Source of the DNA: a virus
Taxonomy: Duplodnaviria > Caudoviricetes
IMG/VR virus record: IMGVR_UViG_3300009108_000480
Direction: 5' to 3' (one strand)
DNA: 64,000 nucleotides
In this document: piece by piece, positions 1 through 11,464 of the stretch
Position numbering within the stretch: the first letter of the stretch is position 1
Layout: the number at the start of each line of letters is the position of its first letter
Notes under the pieces: generated by a model
Told to the model about the DNA's origin: nothing
Database searches by the model: none
The model's input: the letters and a program-made list of their open reading frames with translations, nothing else
Made by a program: the position numbers and the translations under genes

Positions 1-3000
1 GACGATATCCAGTATATGGTTCATATATAATATCAGAGAACACTGTTGTATTATCAAACAATAATATATGTTCTTTTTGAACTGTGTTTAATGCTATATT
101 ATAAAGTCCAATATCAGGATCTTTAATCGAAATTTCAAAATTCTTCCCTAACCTTTTAGTACTAACATTTACAATATCAATTTTTCTTCCACCTGCATCT
201 AACAAAGAATAATCTCCTGCTAGGTTTTTTAATTTTCCAACAATTGAATTCTCTGTGTTAAGCTGAAATCCGTTTGCTCCTGGAGATATTGTAATTGCTG
301 AACCCGGTGCCCAAGGTTGCGTTGTCCAAAATAAAAATTCTTTAACTGACAATCTCCAATTTAATACTTCTTTTATTTCATTTGAAAATTTATCATAAAC
401 AAAACCTTTAGATTCTAACCATTTTCCATATCCCATTAAAAAATCTACAACTTGTTGAATTGTATCAAATACATGACCATATGGAATAACTTGTGTTGTT
501 GTTTGATAATTCTGATAAATTATTGCTTCTGCATCTGATACAATAACTTTTTGACCTGTTATGCTTTTTATAGGATAATAAAAATTAAAATATGGTTTTG
601 TAGTAGAATATCCTAATACTTTCCACCCACCTAATAATGTTGATCCATCAATTGATGTGTCTGTATTCTTTTCAATTAACACTCCTGAATAATTAAAACT
701 GTTTACAGGATTTGACGTTCTAAATAATATTTTATAGTTTTCATCTGGTATAAATTTAGAACCTGATGTTGATCCTGGTGAAACTGAATCAGTTAAAACT
801 TTTATATTTTCTTTATCAGTAAAGCCACCTAACTTATAAGCTAATTGAATATCTAATTGTTTTAATTTATTATAAAAGAAAGTTAATGGATCTAGATTTT
901 TAAATATTAAATAATTTACTACAAATGGTTGATATCCCGCTGTTGTATATCTTGTTACAACTCCTGTTTGAATATTTGTAGAAGTTTCTAAATGATAGTT
1001 TGCTGTACTTAATTGTTGTATAATATTTGTATCTTTACTAATTAAATTATTTGAAATATTTTTAGTTAATCTACTATTATCAAAAAATAAATTAAAAAAT
1101 TTCGCTGGTTTAGTAAGAGCCAATGTTTTTATTACAGAAAAAGGATATGCACTTGATCTTCTCCAACTAGTTTCTGCTGGACCTTGGTCTCCAAACTTCC
1201 ATGCTTGGTTTCTGTTTGGCACATCAAATGTATTAATTAATTTTGCGGCGATCGGATCTAATAAATTTCCTGACGTATCTACTGGAATATATGATGCAAT
1301 ACTTGATTTACCATATCTACCTAAATGCCCTGCAACTGCGTCCCATAGTATTGTGTTACCTGATGTATATGGTGCCAAACCATATGTACTTTCCCAAGTA
1401 CTAGGTTTTTCTGAATATCCTAATATCTCCCACGGTCTTATATGTGGACTATCTGTATCATAAAAATATTTGTATATGCCTCTCCAGTGGCCTGGCAATT
1501 TAGCATCGTTTATTCTATCTGTTGATGCTGAATAATTATATGTAAACGGTGATCCTTCAACAAACGTTGTATTATTAATATATTGCACACCATTTCTGCC
1601 TGCCCATATATAAAAATCCGAACCCATTACATCATTTATTTCTGTTAATGTATATTCTGTTGACTTAAATGCTGACGGAACAACATCACCTATATCTAAT
1701 AATGTAGAATCATATTGTGTTTTAATATTATTATAAATTCTTTTTTCAAGTTCTAATATTAAATTGTCTCTTTCGTCTCCGTATGCTTTAATAAATGAAC
1801 CGTCGTGTTTTCTAATCATAGTTTGACTTATAAGATAAGTGTCGTCTGTAAATAATTCGGGTTTAAATTTTGGATACAATCCTAATTTAGTTGGTGTTGG
1901 AGGAATAAAACTTCCAGTTGTATCACTGTAATCTCTAATTTTAATAATATCTCCTGCAACAAGTGTAGATATGATATTAATACTATCATCGGTTGTACTA
2001 ACAGTATATTCTGTACCTAAAATCAACTGTACATCATTTTTATAAACATATACCGCTCTATTATTTGTTTCAGTCATTGTATGCACTGAATCAATTGCAT
2101 ATTCAGTTTCAGATGCATCTTGTACAGTATAAGTTCTTAATGAATAATTTTCTCCTACTCCAATCATATCTTCATAAAAGAAAGGAAATGTTGACCCACG
2201 TCCTTGATTTATTGCTATAATGATTTCATCAACTCTATCCGCGGCAATCCCTTCATATGCTGTACCAAGTCCATATGTTAAAAATGAATTATAAAATTTT
2301 TCATACTCTTGATTACAATAATCTATTGCAATTAATACATTTGCTTCTTGGTCTATTAATCCAAATACAGCAGGTAATAATGTTCCTTCGTGCTGAACTA
2401 TTAATCCTCCATTCAACGTTGCATCAGGATTATCTCTGAGCGATGAAGAACCTGGTATACTTCCTGTTATATCTGTATTCTTATCAAAAATATCTTTTAC
2501 GTGTCCAAGTATCTGTCCATATGTAAATGTACCTTTTTGTATATTCAATGGATTAACAGATAAATTTTCTGGTATTTGGTATATACCTTTATTTGAAACT
2601 TTTTTAGTTGCTGAATATCCTACTAATTTAATTTGATCATCTACTTTTAATTCTTTTACAAATTGAATATATTTGTTTACTGTTCCATTAACTATTGTAT
2701 AATCTGTTGTTAAATTTTTTCTTATACCATTTACAGTTACTGAAATTTCTAAATCAGTAAGAGAAATAGAATTTTTATAAAAATCAATTTGAAACAATTG
2801 TTTTTCTGTTTTGTCTACTATAAATGTTCTAACTACTCGTTGTTTACTTTCGTTGGTTCTTTTTACCCAAGCACTTTTTGAATTATGTGTTGTTAGACTA
2901 GTAGTATAATGCAAATGACCTTCAGAAAGATTTTTAGTTATAATATTATTATCCGTTCTATATGTAAATGTTCCTGCTGTATGATCTGATTCAAAAACTA

Positions 3001-4897
3001 TATCACCAATATTATTAATTGTATTATATTTTACTTTTATACCTAATACTGTATCTGTAGTTGCTGTTGTTGACGTTTTATAAGCAAAAACATTTGCTCC
3101 ACTAAAAGTCGAATTTGGATACGTTGTTGTATCATCAAATGATATATGATCATTATCCCACATACCAAACAGCGGTGCTTGATTTACTTTAATTTTTGTC
3201 TGCCCTGTTTTCCAAGTAGTTGTTGACTTATCATAATAATAAGTTTTACCTTGGTTTGCTGTTCCAAATTCAATAAAAATTGATTCGTTATCTGCAGGTA
3301 CGGCATCTGTAGCTTCGGTAAGATTAATTACTGACGTTGAGTCTCCGGCTTGTACAAAATTAATTACGTAAATTTTATTTTTTACAAGTGTATCGGTGTC
3401 TGCAGAAAATACTACTCTCATTCCATCTGCTACTGCTAATCCATCTATAATATAACCTGTTTGTGCAACTACATTAGAAAATGCATCAGTTGTAACTGTG
3501 TCAAATAATGTTACAGATGTTTTTGCCACAGTACCATGATTATATAAAGCAAGTCCCGAATCAAATTCTATAATTGGCCTTTTAGCTCTATCAGTTTCTA
3601 ATAAATTAGGTGTATAACCATTAGCATCTGCTGTTTCGTCAATTACAGATTTATGAAACCATCTATTATATCTTGACCAAGCATTTTGGTCTCTTGAATC
3701 TCTTTTAATTGTAATATAATCTTTTGTTTCCGGACGATAAAATGCTTTTGCATAAGGTCTAGAATCATACGCAATACTATCAAATAAAATAGTTGTTTCT
3801 GTAGCATATGATTCGGGAGTTATTAAATCTTCTATATTTGTAAATGTAATTGAATCTCCAACTCCTTCAACATAATATTCTTTACCTGCATATGTGCTAT
3901 CAGTAACATTAGATTCAAATTTAATTTTCATTCCATTTGATAAATTTAATGTTCTTAACGCATAATTTTTTGTACCTAAAATATCATTAGCAACGTCAAT
4001 TTTTGTTGTTGAACTTATCGTTCCAACAGTAAAAATTCCATACATACTATCATGATTGCCACATTGATAATAAAGTACATCTGGTGCCGTAGTTGGTACT
4101 GTAAAAGTAACTATACCCGAATCTGTTGCTGGGTTTATTACACCTGTTGTATATAAAGTAGAAGTTGATCCATCTTCTGCAACACCTTGACGATATGGTT
4201 CTGTCATTATATGGAATGGATGGCCTTTTGCGTCTACTTTAAATTTATAAGTATTACCTCTATATAATTTTATTTGAGGATTTCTTTCACTTTCTTTTGT
4301 TCCAAACTTCCATGCTCTTGTCGTACTTCCATCATCTGGCCATGCTGTTACATCAATTTCAACTAACGCCGTTGGTCCTACTGAATCTAATGTTATAGAA
4401 TTTGGACCTTCGGGCAACCAATAATATTCTCTATAATTGATTAACTTATCTAAATCAATGGCCGGGTTCCAAGAGTATATAACTTCTTTGTTTAGTCTAT
4501 CATGATTATCTACATTACCTCCAAAATATTTTATTTGATTAATATAATCATCATAGGTACCTGAAAATTTTACTTGGTCTTCTGGATTAACTGATGTTGT
4601 GTCTTTATCTGTGTAAGTTACTGCAGGCTCTAATTGATATGCCATTCTATCTCTATTAGTTGCAGACAGATATGTGTCAGTTATTTGTCTTGTATAAGCA
4701 TCTTGTCTACCAATATATCCATCTAATCTTTGTAATGCACCTTTTTGAATTAATGGATCAATAGTACTTGATAAAAATCTTGTGTTGCTATCTGTTCTAT
4801 AGAATACAGGTAAGTGTGCGATTGATCTGCGTAACTCAATTCCATCTTGAGTTACAACTTCTTGAACTGATTGTGAATTGGTTGCTTTATCTACCAT
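1..4897 (-). CDS. Very large virion/baseplate structural protein, 3'-truncated by the window edge (>1630 aa)
   Basis: Absent from the ORF track because it has no stop in the window. ATG at 4897-4895 overlaps the TAA of the gp6-like gene (TAATG) and reads MVDKATNSQSVQEVVTQDGIELRRSIAHLPVFYRTDSNTRFL. The same frame is open at the window edge (FDNTTVFSDIIYEPYTGYR). Only the ends were translated by hand. Confidence 0.75.
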   Translation of the reverse strand, partial: MVDKATNSQSVQEVVTQDGIELRRSIAHLPVFYRTDSNTRFLSSTIDPLIQKGALQRLDGYIGRQDAYTRQITDTYLSATNRDRMAYQLEPAVTYTDKDTTSVNPEDQVKFSGTYDDYINQIKYFGGNVDNHDRLNKEVIYSWNPAIDLDKLINYREYYWLPEGPNSITLDSVGPTALVEIDVTAWPDDGSTTRAWKFGTKESERNPQIKLYRGNTYKFKVDAKGHPFHIMTEPYRQGVAEDGSTSTLYTTGVINPATDSGIVTFTVPTTAPDVLYYQCGNHDSMYGIFTVGTISSTTKIDVANDILGTKNYALRTLNLSNGMKIKFESNVTDSTYAGKEYYVEGVGDSITFTNIEDLITPESYATETTILFDSIAYDSRPYAKAFYRPETKDYITIKRDSRDQNAWSRYNRWFHKSVIDETADANGYTPNLLETDRAKRPIIEFDSGLALYNHGTVAKTSVTLFDTVTTDAFSNVVAQTGYIIDGLAVADGMRVVFSADTDTLVKNKIYVINFVQAGDSTSVINLTEATDAVPADNESIFIEFGTANQGKTYYYDKSTTTWKTGQTKIKVNQAPLFGMWDNDHISFDDTTTYPNSTFSGANVFAYKTSTTATTDTVLGIKVKYNTINNIGDIVFESDHTAGTFTYRTDNNIITKNLSEGHLHYTTSLTTHNSKSAWVKRTNESKQRVVRTFIVDKTEKQLFQIDFYKNSISLTDLEISVTVNGIRKNLTTDYTIVNGTVNKYIQFVKELKVDDQIKLVGYSATKKVSNKGIYQIPENLSVNPLNIQKGTFTYGQILGHVKDIFDKNTDITGSIPGSSSLRDNPDATLNGGLIVQHEGTLLPAVFGLIDQEANVLIAIDYCNQEYEKFYNSFLTYGLGTAYEGIAADRVDEIIIAINQGRGSTFPFFYEDMIGVGENYSLRTYTVQDASETEYAIDSVHTMTETNNRAVYVYKNDVQLILGTEYTVSTTDDSINIISTLVAGDIIKIRDYSDTTGSFIPPTPTKLGLYPKFKPELFTDDTYLISQTMIRKHDGSFIKAYGDERDNLILELEKRIYNNIKTQYDSTLLDIGDVVPSAFKSTEYTLTEINDVMGSDFYIWAGRNGVQYINNTTFVEGSPFTYNYSASTDRINDAKLPGHWRGIYKYFYDTDSPHIRPWEILGYSEKPSTWESTYGLAPYTSGNTILWDAVAGHLGRYGKSSIASYIPVDTSGNLLDPIAAKLINTFDVPNRNQAWKFGDQGPAETSWRRSSAYPFSVIKTLALTKPAKFFNLFFDNSRLTKNISNNLISKDTNIIQQLSTANYHLETSTNIQTGVVTRYTTAGYQPFVVNYLIFKNLDPLTFFYNKLKQLDIQLAYKLGGFTDKENIKVLTDSVSPGSTSGSKFIPDENYKILFRTSNPVNSFNYSGVLIEKNTDTSIDGSTLLGGWKVLGYSTTKPYFNFYYPIKSITGQKVIVSDAEAIIYQNYQTTTQVIPYGHVFDTIQQVVDFLMGYGKWLESKGFVYDKFSNEIKEVLNWRLSVKEFLFWTTQPWAPGSAITISPGANGFQLNTENSIVGKLKNLAGDYSLLDAGGRKIDIVNVSTKRLGKNFEISIKDPDIGLYNIALNTVQKEHILLFDNTTVFSDIIYEPYTGYR

Positions 4898-7800
4898 TAG
4901 TATCCTGCTCCACTACTGCCGGTGGATGCTCCCGATCCTGCTGTTGTAGTGGTGCCTGATACTGCTGAAGATGTTGATGTTGTAGTTGTTGTGGAAGTTG
5001 ACGTTACTACTGTACCCGATGCTAATAACTGATTGGCACCTAATGCACTTATAATTGTAACATCATCAACGGTGGCCCCACTGATAAAAATTTCGTCTGC
5101 CGCACAAGCAACCTGGAACAACGATCCAAAAACTTGTCCTGATTGATTTGGCACAATGACTACTGTTAATAAGTCTGGTGCTAGTTCATTATGTATATAA
5201 GCGGCTAATTCTGTAAAATAAAATGTGTCTCCAAAATCCCAATTGTCTAATGCAAAAAATTCATTTATTGCTAATATTACTCTCGTTTGGATAACTGCAT
5301 TTGTAACATTGGTATTTTGATTTTTTACAACTTTAAATGTTGCTTGTAATTCTTCATCTGCACTTGTACCAAATAATATTTTATATTTTACAGGATGATA
5401 TATTATTTGATCGGACATTGATTTTAATGGGTTAAGTATACCTGAATAATTTATTCTTAATTGATCTGAAGTACTTGCCACTGGTCTAGCTCCGCCATCT
5501 TGTAACCATATTCTATACAAGTTATCATACGATCTTTCTAACATATACACATCAACAATATTTGATACTGAAGGATCTATTCTAGTTTCTTGTCCTGCAT
5601 TATGCTTATATTGAAAGGTTAAAGACGATCTTCCACGTCTTCCATAATAATCTGTTGTTGTTGTTAATGTATTTGTTGAAGAACTATATTTTTTAACTAC
5701 GTTTTCTGCATCATCATAAAAATAAAATAATTGTTCATCAGCATATGTTGTACTTGATAATGTTATATCTGTTTCATTTTTTGACACAACAAAATTTGTT
5801 GCGGCATAAGGTTTATATCTTGAAATATTATCATATGAAATGTATTTTTGATAAAATATAAATTTAGCTGTTGGATTTGTATCTGGTTCTACTACTATAT
5901 CAAATATATCTGGATTATCTACAATACCATCATCATCGTCGTCATAAAAACCAACTTTTACTTTTCGATTATCTTGAAATCCATCTGCTTCAGTTACTGT
6001 ATCAACCACTTGCCAATTAATCGGATATCCAATTGAATTTCCTGTTGAAACAATTGAATTTGTTTTTAAAATTTTAATTGTATCTTTTACAGATTTTCCT
6101 GTTTTATAATCATAAATTTTTTCTTGTACATCATAGTGAAATTTGTTTTGTCCTTCTGATTCAAAAATATAATCTAAACTTCTGTACGTTACTGTATAAG
6201 TGTTACCATCGTTTGTAAATTTAAACCACCAACTTGCATCTAAATTTGTACCTGTAGTTGATCCTGTATTAGATAAACTGAATACTGAACTTGCAGATAT
6301 ATTTGTTGACGTTATTACTTTCCATACCTCATTATCAACATCATATCTCAATCCAAATTCTTCATATGCTTCAGTTCGATCAATTATATCAGTTTTTAAT
6401 GTGTTACTAAATGTTGTAGTAAATGCAGGAATTATAGCATTTAATACAGAACCATTAGGAATAATATCATTAAGTGTGATTGGTCCTACTCCTGTTTCTA
6501 AATTACCTAATCCTCCATTAGCACCATCACCTTCAACTGCACCAAGTTTTACCCAACTTCTATCTTCGGCATTATCGGTTCCTGCTGTTACTAAAGAATT
6601 GTTTAAAAATTCTCTTGTATCTGGGGATGTAAATTTTATTATTGACCCAACTGTTGCATATTTTAAATTAGACGTTGCATATGTTCCAGTAACTAAAGGT
6701 CCTACACCGTTAAAATATCCTGTATTAGTATTAGTTCCAGTTGTAGTTGAAACCCATGTTGCTGTTAAAGAACTTAAATCTTTTGTTCCATATTTCAAAT
6801 AATAAAAATGTCTTGCATATGCATTTTTTAATTTTGCTTCTACAAATGAATTTATTGTACTTAAAATTGTTTGACGATTTGTAAAAGTAAAAGTAAAAGT
6901 GTTTATTTTTTCTTCTCTATAAAGTATTCCGTCATCTGCAAATACAGATACATTTGAATACGCTCCGGTAGGATCTAAAATTTCTTTTGCTCTGGATATT
7001 CCTGATGCCGCTCTATTTACTGATCTTACTTTTATAATTTCTTGTGATGCTGACAAAGGCATAACTTGATAATCTTCTGCTGTTATCATTCTATTTTGTG
7101 CATAATAAACCTGTGGTGCTTTTTCTCTAATTGATGCATTTGATTCAGTTGCTGATGCATTATACACACTTGCTTTTAAACTCATTGTTAATGTAAGAGT
7201 TTGCTGTGCTCCGTTGGCATCTACATAAGGAATTCCTACTTGAATATTTTGCATTTCGGTTGGTTGAATAGAAAAGGTAGCATTATCACTAACTCTAAAA
7301 TATGTTCTAAATGCTCCTATTGGTAAGTTAGAAAAATTTCCATCGCCAAATACAAGATCTATTGCGTCATTATTTTTTGTTACTACATTGTAAATATTTC
7401 TTTCTGCTTTTGATAACGAATTATATATTGCATTATTTCCTGTTAATGACGGAACTTTTTTCCATTCTTCAAAAATTTGACCGAACTGATCTAATTTATA
7501 CAACCAAACATCACTATTATTAATGTTAGCAGTGTTAATTGATTGCACATAATTTGTAGTACTTTGACTTACTGTAAATTCAGTTTGGTGCATTAATCCT
7601 TGTTTAAATAAAAGAAAAAATCCTGTATTATTAGATGTGTCACCTGATCCATCTGTTCTGTATGTAAAAGTAAGACCTGATCCTGGAAGAGGATCTTGTT
7701 CGTATATTGATTCTGAATTTTCTATTGTTGATGGTACTATCTCAAACCCTCGACTTACTCCTCCTATACTTTTTCTAAAAGTAAAAATTGGTAAGTCTAA

Positions 7801-8379
7801 TTGATTTGTACTTAAAGTGTAAACTTCTGTTTTAATTCCGCCAACTGTTCCGGACTCTCTTGGTTTTCCAATACGTTGTCCTGCTGTATTGGCCGCATTA
7901 AGTATAGAAGTAAATTGTTCTCTATAATTTGAATTGGCACTATCATTCCATATTACAGTTGCATTTGCAAGATTTGATCCTGTTGAATCAATAACATCTT
8001 GCGTTGTTGATATTGAATCAACTTTAAGTAATCCTGTAGCTGGTTTATTTCTTTTAGCATTATAATTAATTAATCTTGCTAGTGTTAATACCGAATTTCG
8101 TCTTTCTGCTGTTTCTAAAAAATTTTCTCTGGCATTTAAATCAACTCTAAAAGATAAAGCCTGAGCAATATAGGCAATTAAATCAATAAGTGCTACATAC
8201 TCTGAACTTTCTACAAAGTCATTAAAGTCATCTGGATAATTTTCTCGTAGATATGCCACCATTGTTCTACGAAGTGTTTCGAAATCATATGATTTAAAGT
8301 CTGCTTGTTGGAAAGATTGATAGATCTTTCTCCAATCTTCTGCAACTAATAATCTATTTTGTCGTTCTGTTGTGGCCAT
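4897..8379 (-). CDS. gp6: Baseplate wedge subunit, T4 gp6-like (1160 aa)
   Basis: N-terminal DFETLR/YLRENYPDDFNDFVESSEY/FLETAERRNSV and RMITAEDY motifs typical of gp6/baseplate J proteins; next to a gp25-like gene. Confidence 0.75.
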   Translation of the reverse strand: MATTERQNRLLVAEDWRKIYQSFQQADFKSYDFETLRRTMVAYLRENYPDDFNDFVESSEYVALIDLIAYIAQALSFRVDLNARENFLETAERRNSVLTLARLINYNAKRNKPATGLLKVDSISTTQDVIDSTGSNLANATVIWNDSANSNYREQFTSILNAANTAGQRIGKPRESGTVGGIKTEVYTLSTNQLDLPIFTFRKSIGGVSRGFEIVPSTIENSESIYEQDPLPGSGLTFTYRTDGSGDTSNNTGFFLLFKQGLMHQTEFTVSQSTTNYVQSINTANINNSDVWLYKLDQFGQIFEEWKKVPSLTGNNAIYNSLSKAERNIYNVVTKNNDAIDLVFGDGNFSNLPIGAFRTYFRVSDNATFSIQPTEMQNIQVGIPYVDANGAQQTLTLTMSLKASVYNASATESNASIREKAPQVYYAQNRMITAEDYQVMPLSASQEIIKVRSVNRAASGISRAKEILDPTGAYSNVSVFADDGILYREEKINTFTFTFTNRQTILSTINSFVEAKLKNAYARHFYYLKYGTKDLSSLTATWVSTTTGTNTNTGYFNGVGPLVTGTYATSNLKYATVGSIIKFTSPDTREFLNNSLVTAGTDNAEDRSWVKLGAVEGDGANGGLGNLETGVGPITLNDIIPNGSVLNAIIPAFTTTFSNTLKTDIIDRTEAYEEFGLRYDVDNEVWKVITSTNISASSVFSLSNTGSTTGTNLDASWWFKFTNDGNTYTVTYRSLDYIFESEGQNKFHYDVQEKIYDYKTGKSVKDTIKILKTNSIVSTGNSIGYPINWQVVDTVTEADGFQDNRKVKVGFYDDDDDGIVDNPDIFDIVVEPDTNPTAKFIFYQKYISYDNISRYKPYAATNFVVSKNETDITLSSTTYADEQLFYFYDDAENVVKKYSSSTNTLTTTTDYYGRRGRSSLTFQYKHNAGQETRIDPSVSNIVDVYMLERSYDNLYRIWLQDGGARPVASTSDQLRINYSGILNPLKSMSDQIIYHPVKYKILFGTSADEELQATFKVVKNQNTNVTNAVIQTRVILAINEFFALDNWDFGDTFYFTELAAYIHNELAPDLLTVVIVPNQSGQVFGSLFQVACAADEIFISGATVDDVTIISALGANQLLASGTVVTSTSTTTTTSTSSAVSGTTTTAGSGASTGSSGAGY

Positions 8380-8395
8380 AATGCGTTTACTTCAA

Positions 8396-8403
8396 TATTT
8401 ATA
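8396..8403 (-). promoter_or_regulatory. T4-type late promoter TATAAATA for the gp6-like gene
   Basis: Exact TATAAATA on the minus strand, 16 nt upstream of the ATG at 8379. Confidence 0.7.
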
Positions 8404-8423
8404 GCATTAATTATATGCATATA

Positions 8424-8813
8424 TTAAGATAAGCGTAATAATGAATTTTCATCGAATTCGAATCTTAATTTTTCAGTAATGTTTAATGGTACGTATGTAA
8501 TTGTAGCCTGTATAGCAATACCATGTTCTGCTTCAGCTAACAATATTTCTTCAGTGCTTATACGTGGATCAGCATTTAAATTTGCTGTTACATCATCTAC
8601 TATTGCTTTTTTAAGCGGTTCTGTTAACGGTTCAAATATACAATCATAGATTATTGTACCAAATTCTGGATTTTCTACTCTTTCACCTTTTCTTACAGAT
8701 AAACGATTAATTAAATCTTGTTTTGCACATTCAAAATCATAAAGTTTAAAGTTCTTTTTATCTGCACGAGAACTAAAACCTTTAAATGTTATACTTTTAT
8801 CTCCATATGCCAT
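8424..8813 (-). CDS. gp25: Baseplate wedge subunit, gp25-like (GPW/gp25 family)
   Basis: KQDLINRLSVRKGERVENPEFGTIIYDCIFEP matches the gp25 family pattern; 129 aa. Confidence 0.8.
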   Translation of the reverse strand: MAYGDKSITFKGFSSRADKKNFKLYDFECAKQDLINRLSVRKGERVENPEFGTIIYDCIFEPLTEPLKKAIVDDVTANLNADPRISTEEILLAEAEHGIAIQATITYVPLNITEKLRFEFDENSLLRLS

Positions 8814-11461
8814 TAATGTAATCTCCTAAATTCTACGTCTACTTTACTATAATCTACTATATAAAAACCTGTATCTGTCATTTCTTTTGCCCATGGAACT
8901 TCTTGTGCTATTACACCTTGATACATTCCATCTAAGTGTTTATATTTAAATGAATAAATGTTGGTACCTAACTGTGACTTACCAATTAATTGTATATCTT
9001 CTTTTAACCGTACATCACTAAAAAATTTCGTTATATGACCTATACCTGCTGATGCCCAATTTCCTACTTTAGCAAAATTAGTCGCTATCTTAGCCATAAA
9101 AGCTCCTTGTACAGGAGTTCCGGTACCATGTAACGATTTTCCTATATAACCTGATCTTCCTATTCCAAATTTTTGAGCTAACGAAGTTATTTGTGTTACT
9201 CCTGTAATATTTCCTGCCATAACATTTTTATAAACGTTTGTCACAGCACCAGCATCTTTGAAAATTGAACCAACTGATGACGCTGAAATTACTCCTGTTA
9301 TTTTGTCATTAACTATATTAGTCACGTATGATGTAGCTAAAGATTTTGCATTATCTTTTACGTATTGTAGCTCGTTTATTTTGCCGTGTACTGATTGTCC
9401 TATTGAAAACAATTGTCCAGTTTGATTAACAAATATATTATCTTTAAATAAATTTGTTGCTTTACCAGATACTGATTCAATAACTTGATTTGTTAAAGTA
9501 TTTGTAAAATTATTTTTAATAGTATTTTTAGTATCACTTAATGAGAAATTTTGAATTTTATTAGATATACTTTTTGCCGTGTCCCAACGATCTCCAGTTT
9601 GACTTACAACATTAAAAGTTTTGTCATATTTTGTTCCGTAAGTTTCTAATAATTGTTTAGCTTTTTTAACACTAGTTGAATTTCCCATTTCTTTTTTTAA
9701 ATATCTTTCTGCGTCTGCCTGCCATTGTCCTAATCTAATAGATTCTATACTTGAAGTTCTATTTCTTTGTTCTACAAATTCTACTGTTCCTGGTGTTGAA
9801 CTTAATCTAGACCACATTTTTGTATCCATTTTGTCATCATCTATTTGAGACGGTACTACTCCTTGACTTGAAAATCCAGAAAATCTTGGCATTGGTTCAT
9901 GTGTAACAAGTCTATGTACAGTGGTTTTTGTTTTTCTTGTAAAAGATTGTAAAGGTTCTAAACCTTTCTTAGACAATTCAACATCACCTTCTTCTCTTGG
10001 CAACATTCCTGTTTGTTCTTTACTCAACCAAGTTGGTCCCCAAGATGAACTTGCACCTATTGAATTAAGGTGTACTTGTGATCCTGCTAAATGAACTGGG
10101 CCGCCTGCGCCATGTAATTGCTGATTGTCTGAATATGATAGAATTCCTGACTTACCATATGTCATAACAGGACCTTGTTGTGAAGATGTAAAAACTCCTT
10201 TATCTCCCATATGCATCTGATAATCTGCAGATGTAATAATTTGTCCAGGAGATGCTGGAATTTTTACATCACCTTTGGCTTTATGTCCTTTTGTAACTGC
10301 AATATCGGTATCTTTATAAAGTACTTCATCCGTTCCTGTGGCCGCCATTCTAATTTCATTTCCAGCACTCATATTAATATTTGCATCACTATGTAAATTA
10401 AAATCACCTTCTGTTCTTAAATTAATTCCTCCAACACCAGAATAAACGTCAATTCTACCTTCTTTGTTCATTTCAATCCAAGCATTACCTGAACCATTAG
10501 CAATATAAACAACACCATCGGTGTCGTGCATTAAAAGTTGATGTCCTGATGCTGTTCTTAATCTTACTAATTGATTATCTCCGGCGGCATCTCCGTCATC
10601 CATTGTAAAAACATGACCGGGATCTCTATCTGTTGGAATATATGCAGACCGACTTTCTTCAGTAACTAATATTGGTAATTTCCTACTGTCTGCTCTAATT
10701 CTACCTGGTGTGTTTATTCCAAATACTGCACTAGGAGCCTCTCTTTGTGCTGATGATGATGTTGTACCTCTAATACTATCTTGTACTAAACCTTGTTTCT
10801 TTAATAGTTCTGCACTTCTATCATTGACTGGTAATGTATAAGTGCTATAAGTTCCAATTTTTGCATTTGTATACATTACTCTATTAACTTCTCCGGCTGG
10901 TACATAATTTGTACCATAATCTTGTTTGGCTTCTTTTTTTGTTATTATATTTCGTCCTGCAGTTTTTTCTTGTACTCCTGTTTCAGGATTCAATATAAGA
11001 CCACTCCCTGTTTCTTCTGCTCCTGATTGTTCTGATGCCGCTAAACCCGGAACTTGATGGTTTGTTTGTGGTTGTTGTACACACCCTATCCAATATGCAT
11101 TTTCTTCTGTTTGGATTCCTTGTGCAAATATCACCATTACTGCTGTATCAATATCAGGTGGTACTGCCCACATACCATAAGAGTGAGAATTTGTTTTATA
11201 ATCATATGCATTTGTTGAACTAACTGCCTGTGGACTTTTAGAACCATAAAAAGGTGAAAGATAGCTACACCACATTAACTGACTAAAAATTGGATCGTCT
11301 GTACCAGTTCTTGCAGGAATATTCACACCTAATCTACCCATTTTTAATGGATCGTCGTTGCTTTTTACTATCCCTATATACGGTCCAGGACTTCGTTCGA
11401 CATATGACTTTAAGTCAGTTTTTTGATTTATACTAGATACGTCACCTCTATGATCTGTCAT
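8813..11461 (-). CDS. gp5: Baseplate central spike, gp5/VgrG-like, with C-terminal peptidase S74-like chaperone domain
   Basis: N-terminal OB-fold-like GIVKSNDDPLKMGRLGV/GMWAVPPD; GHVFTMDD/RLRTASGHQLLMHD beta-helix region; C-terminal FSDVRLKEDI...YQGVIAQEV. Confidence 0.7.
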   Translation of the reverse strand: MTDHRGDVSSINQKTDLKSYVERSPGPYIGIVKSNDDPLKMGRLGVNIPARTGTDDPIFSQLMWCSYLSPFYGSKSPQAVSSTNAYDYKTNSHSYGMWAVPPDIDTAVMVIFAQGIQTEENAYWIGCVQQPQTNHQVPGLAASEQSGAEETGSGLILNPETGVQEKTAGRNIITKKEAKQDYGTNYVPAGEVNRVMYTNAKIGTYSTYTLPVNDRSAELLKKQGLVQDSIRGTTSSSAQREAPSAVFGINTPGRIRADSRKLPILVTEESRSAYIPTDRDPGHVFTMDDGDAAGDNQLVRLRTASGHQLLMHDTDGVVYIANGSGNAWIEMNKEGRIDVYSGVGGINLRTEGDFNLHSDANINMSAGNEIRMAATGTDEVLYKDTDIAVTKGHKAKGDVKIPASPGQIITSADYQMHMGDKGVFTSSQQGPVMTYGKSGILSYSDNQQLHGAGGPVHLAGSQVHLNSIGASSSWGPTWLSKEQTGMLPREEGDVELSKKGLEPLQSFTRKTKTTVHRLVTHEPMPRFSGFSSQGVVPSQIDDDKMDTKMWSRLSSTPGTVEFVEQRNRTSSIESIRLGQWQADAERYLKKEMGNSTSVKKAKQLLETYGTKYDKTFNVVSQTGDRWDTAKSISNKIQNFSLSDTKNTIKNNFTNTLTNQVIESVSGKATNLFKDNIFVNQTGQLFSIGQSVHGKINELQYVKDNAKSLATSYVTNIVNDKITGVISASSVGSIFKDAGAVTNVYKNVMAGNITGVTQITSLAQKFGIGRSGYIGKSLHGTGTPVQGAFMAKIATNFAKVGNWASAGIGHITKFFSDVRLKEDIQLIGKSQLGTNIYSFKYKHLDGMYQGVIAQEVPWAKEMTDTGFYIVDYSKVDVEFRRLH

Positions 11462-11464
11462 TTT

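Noticed and set aside
8412-8423. 12-bp palindrome TATATGCATATA between gp25- and gp6-like genes
   Set aside because: Almost all A/T, likely by chance in this genome, and no second copy noticed
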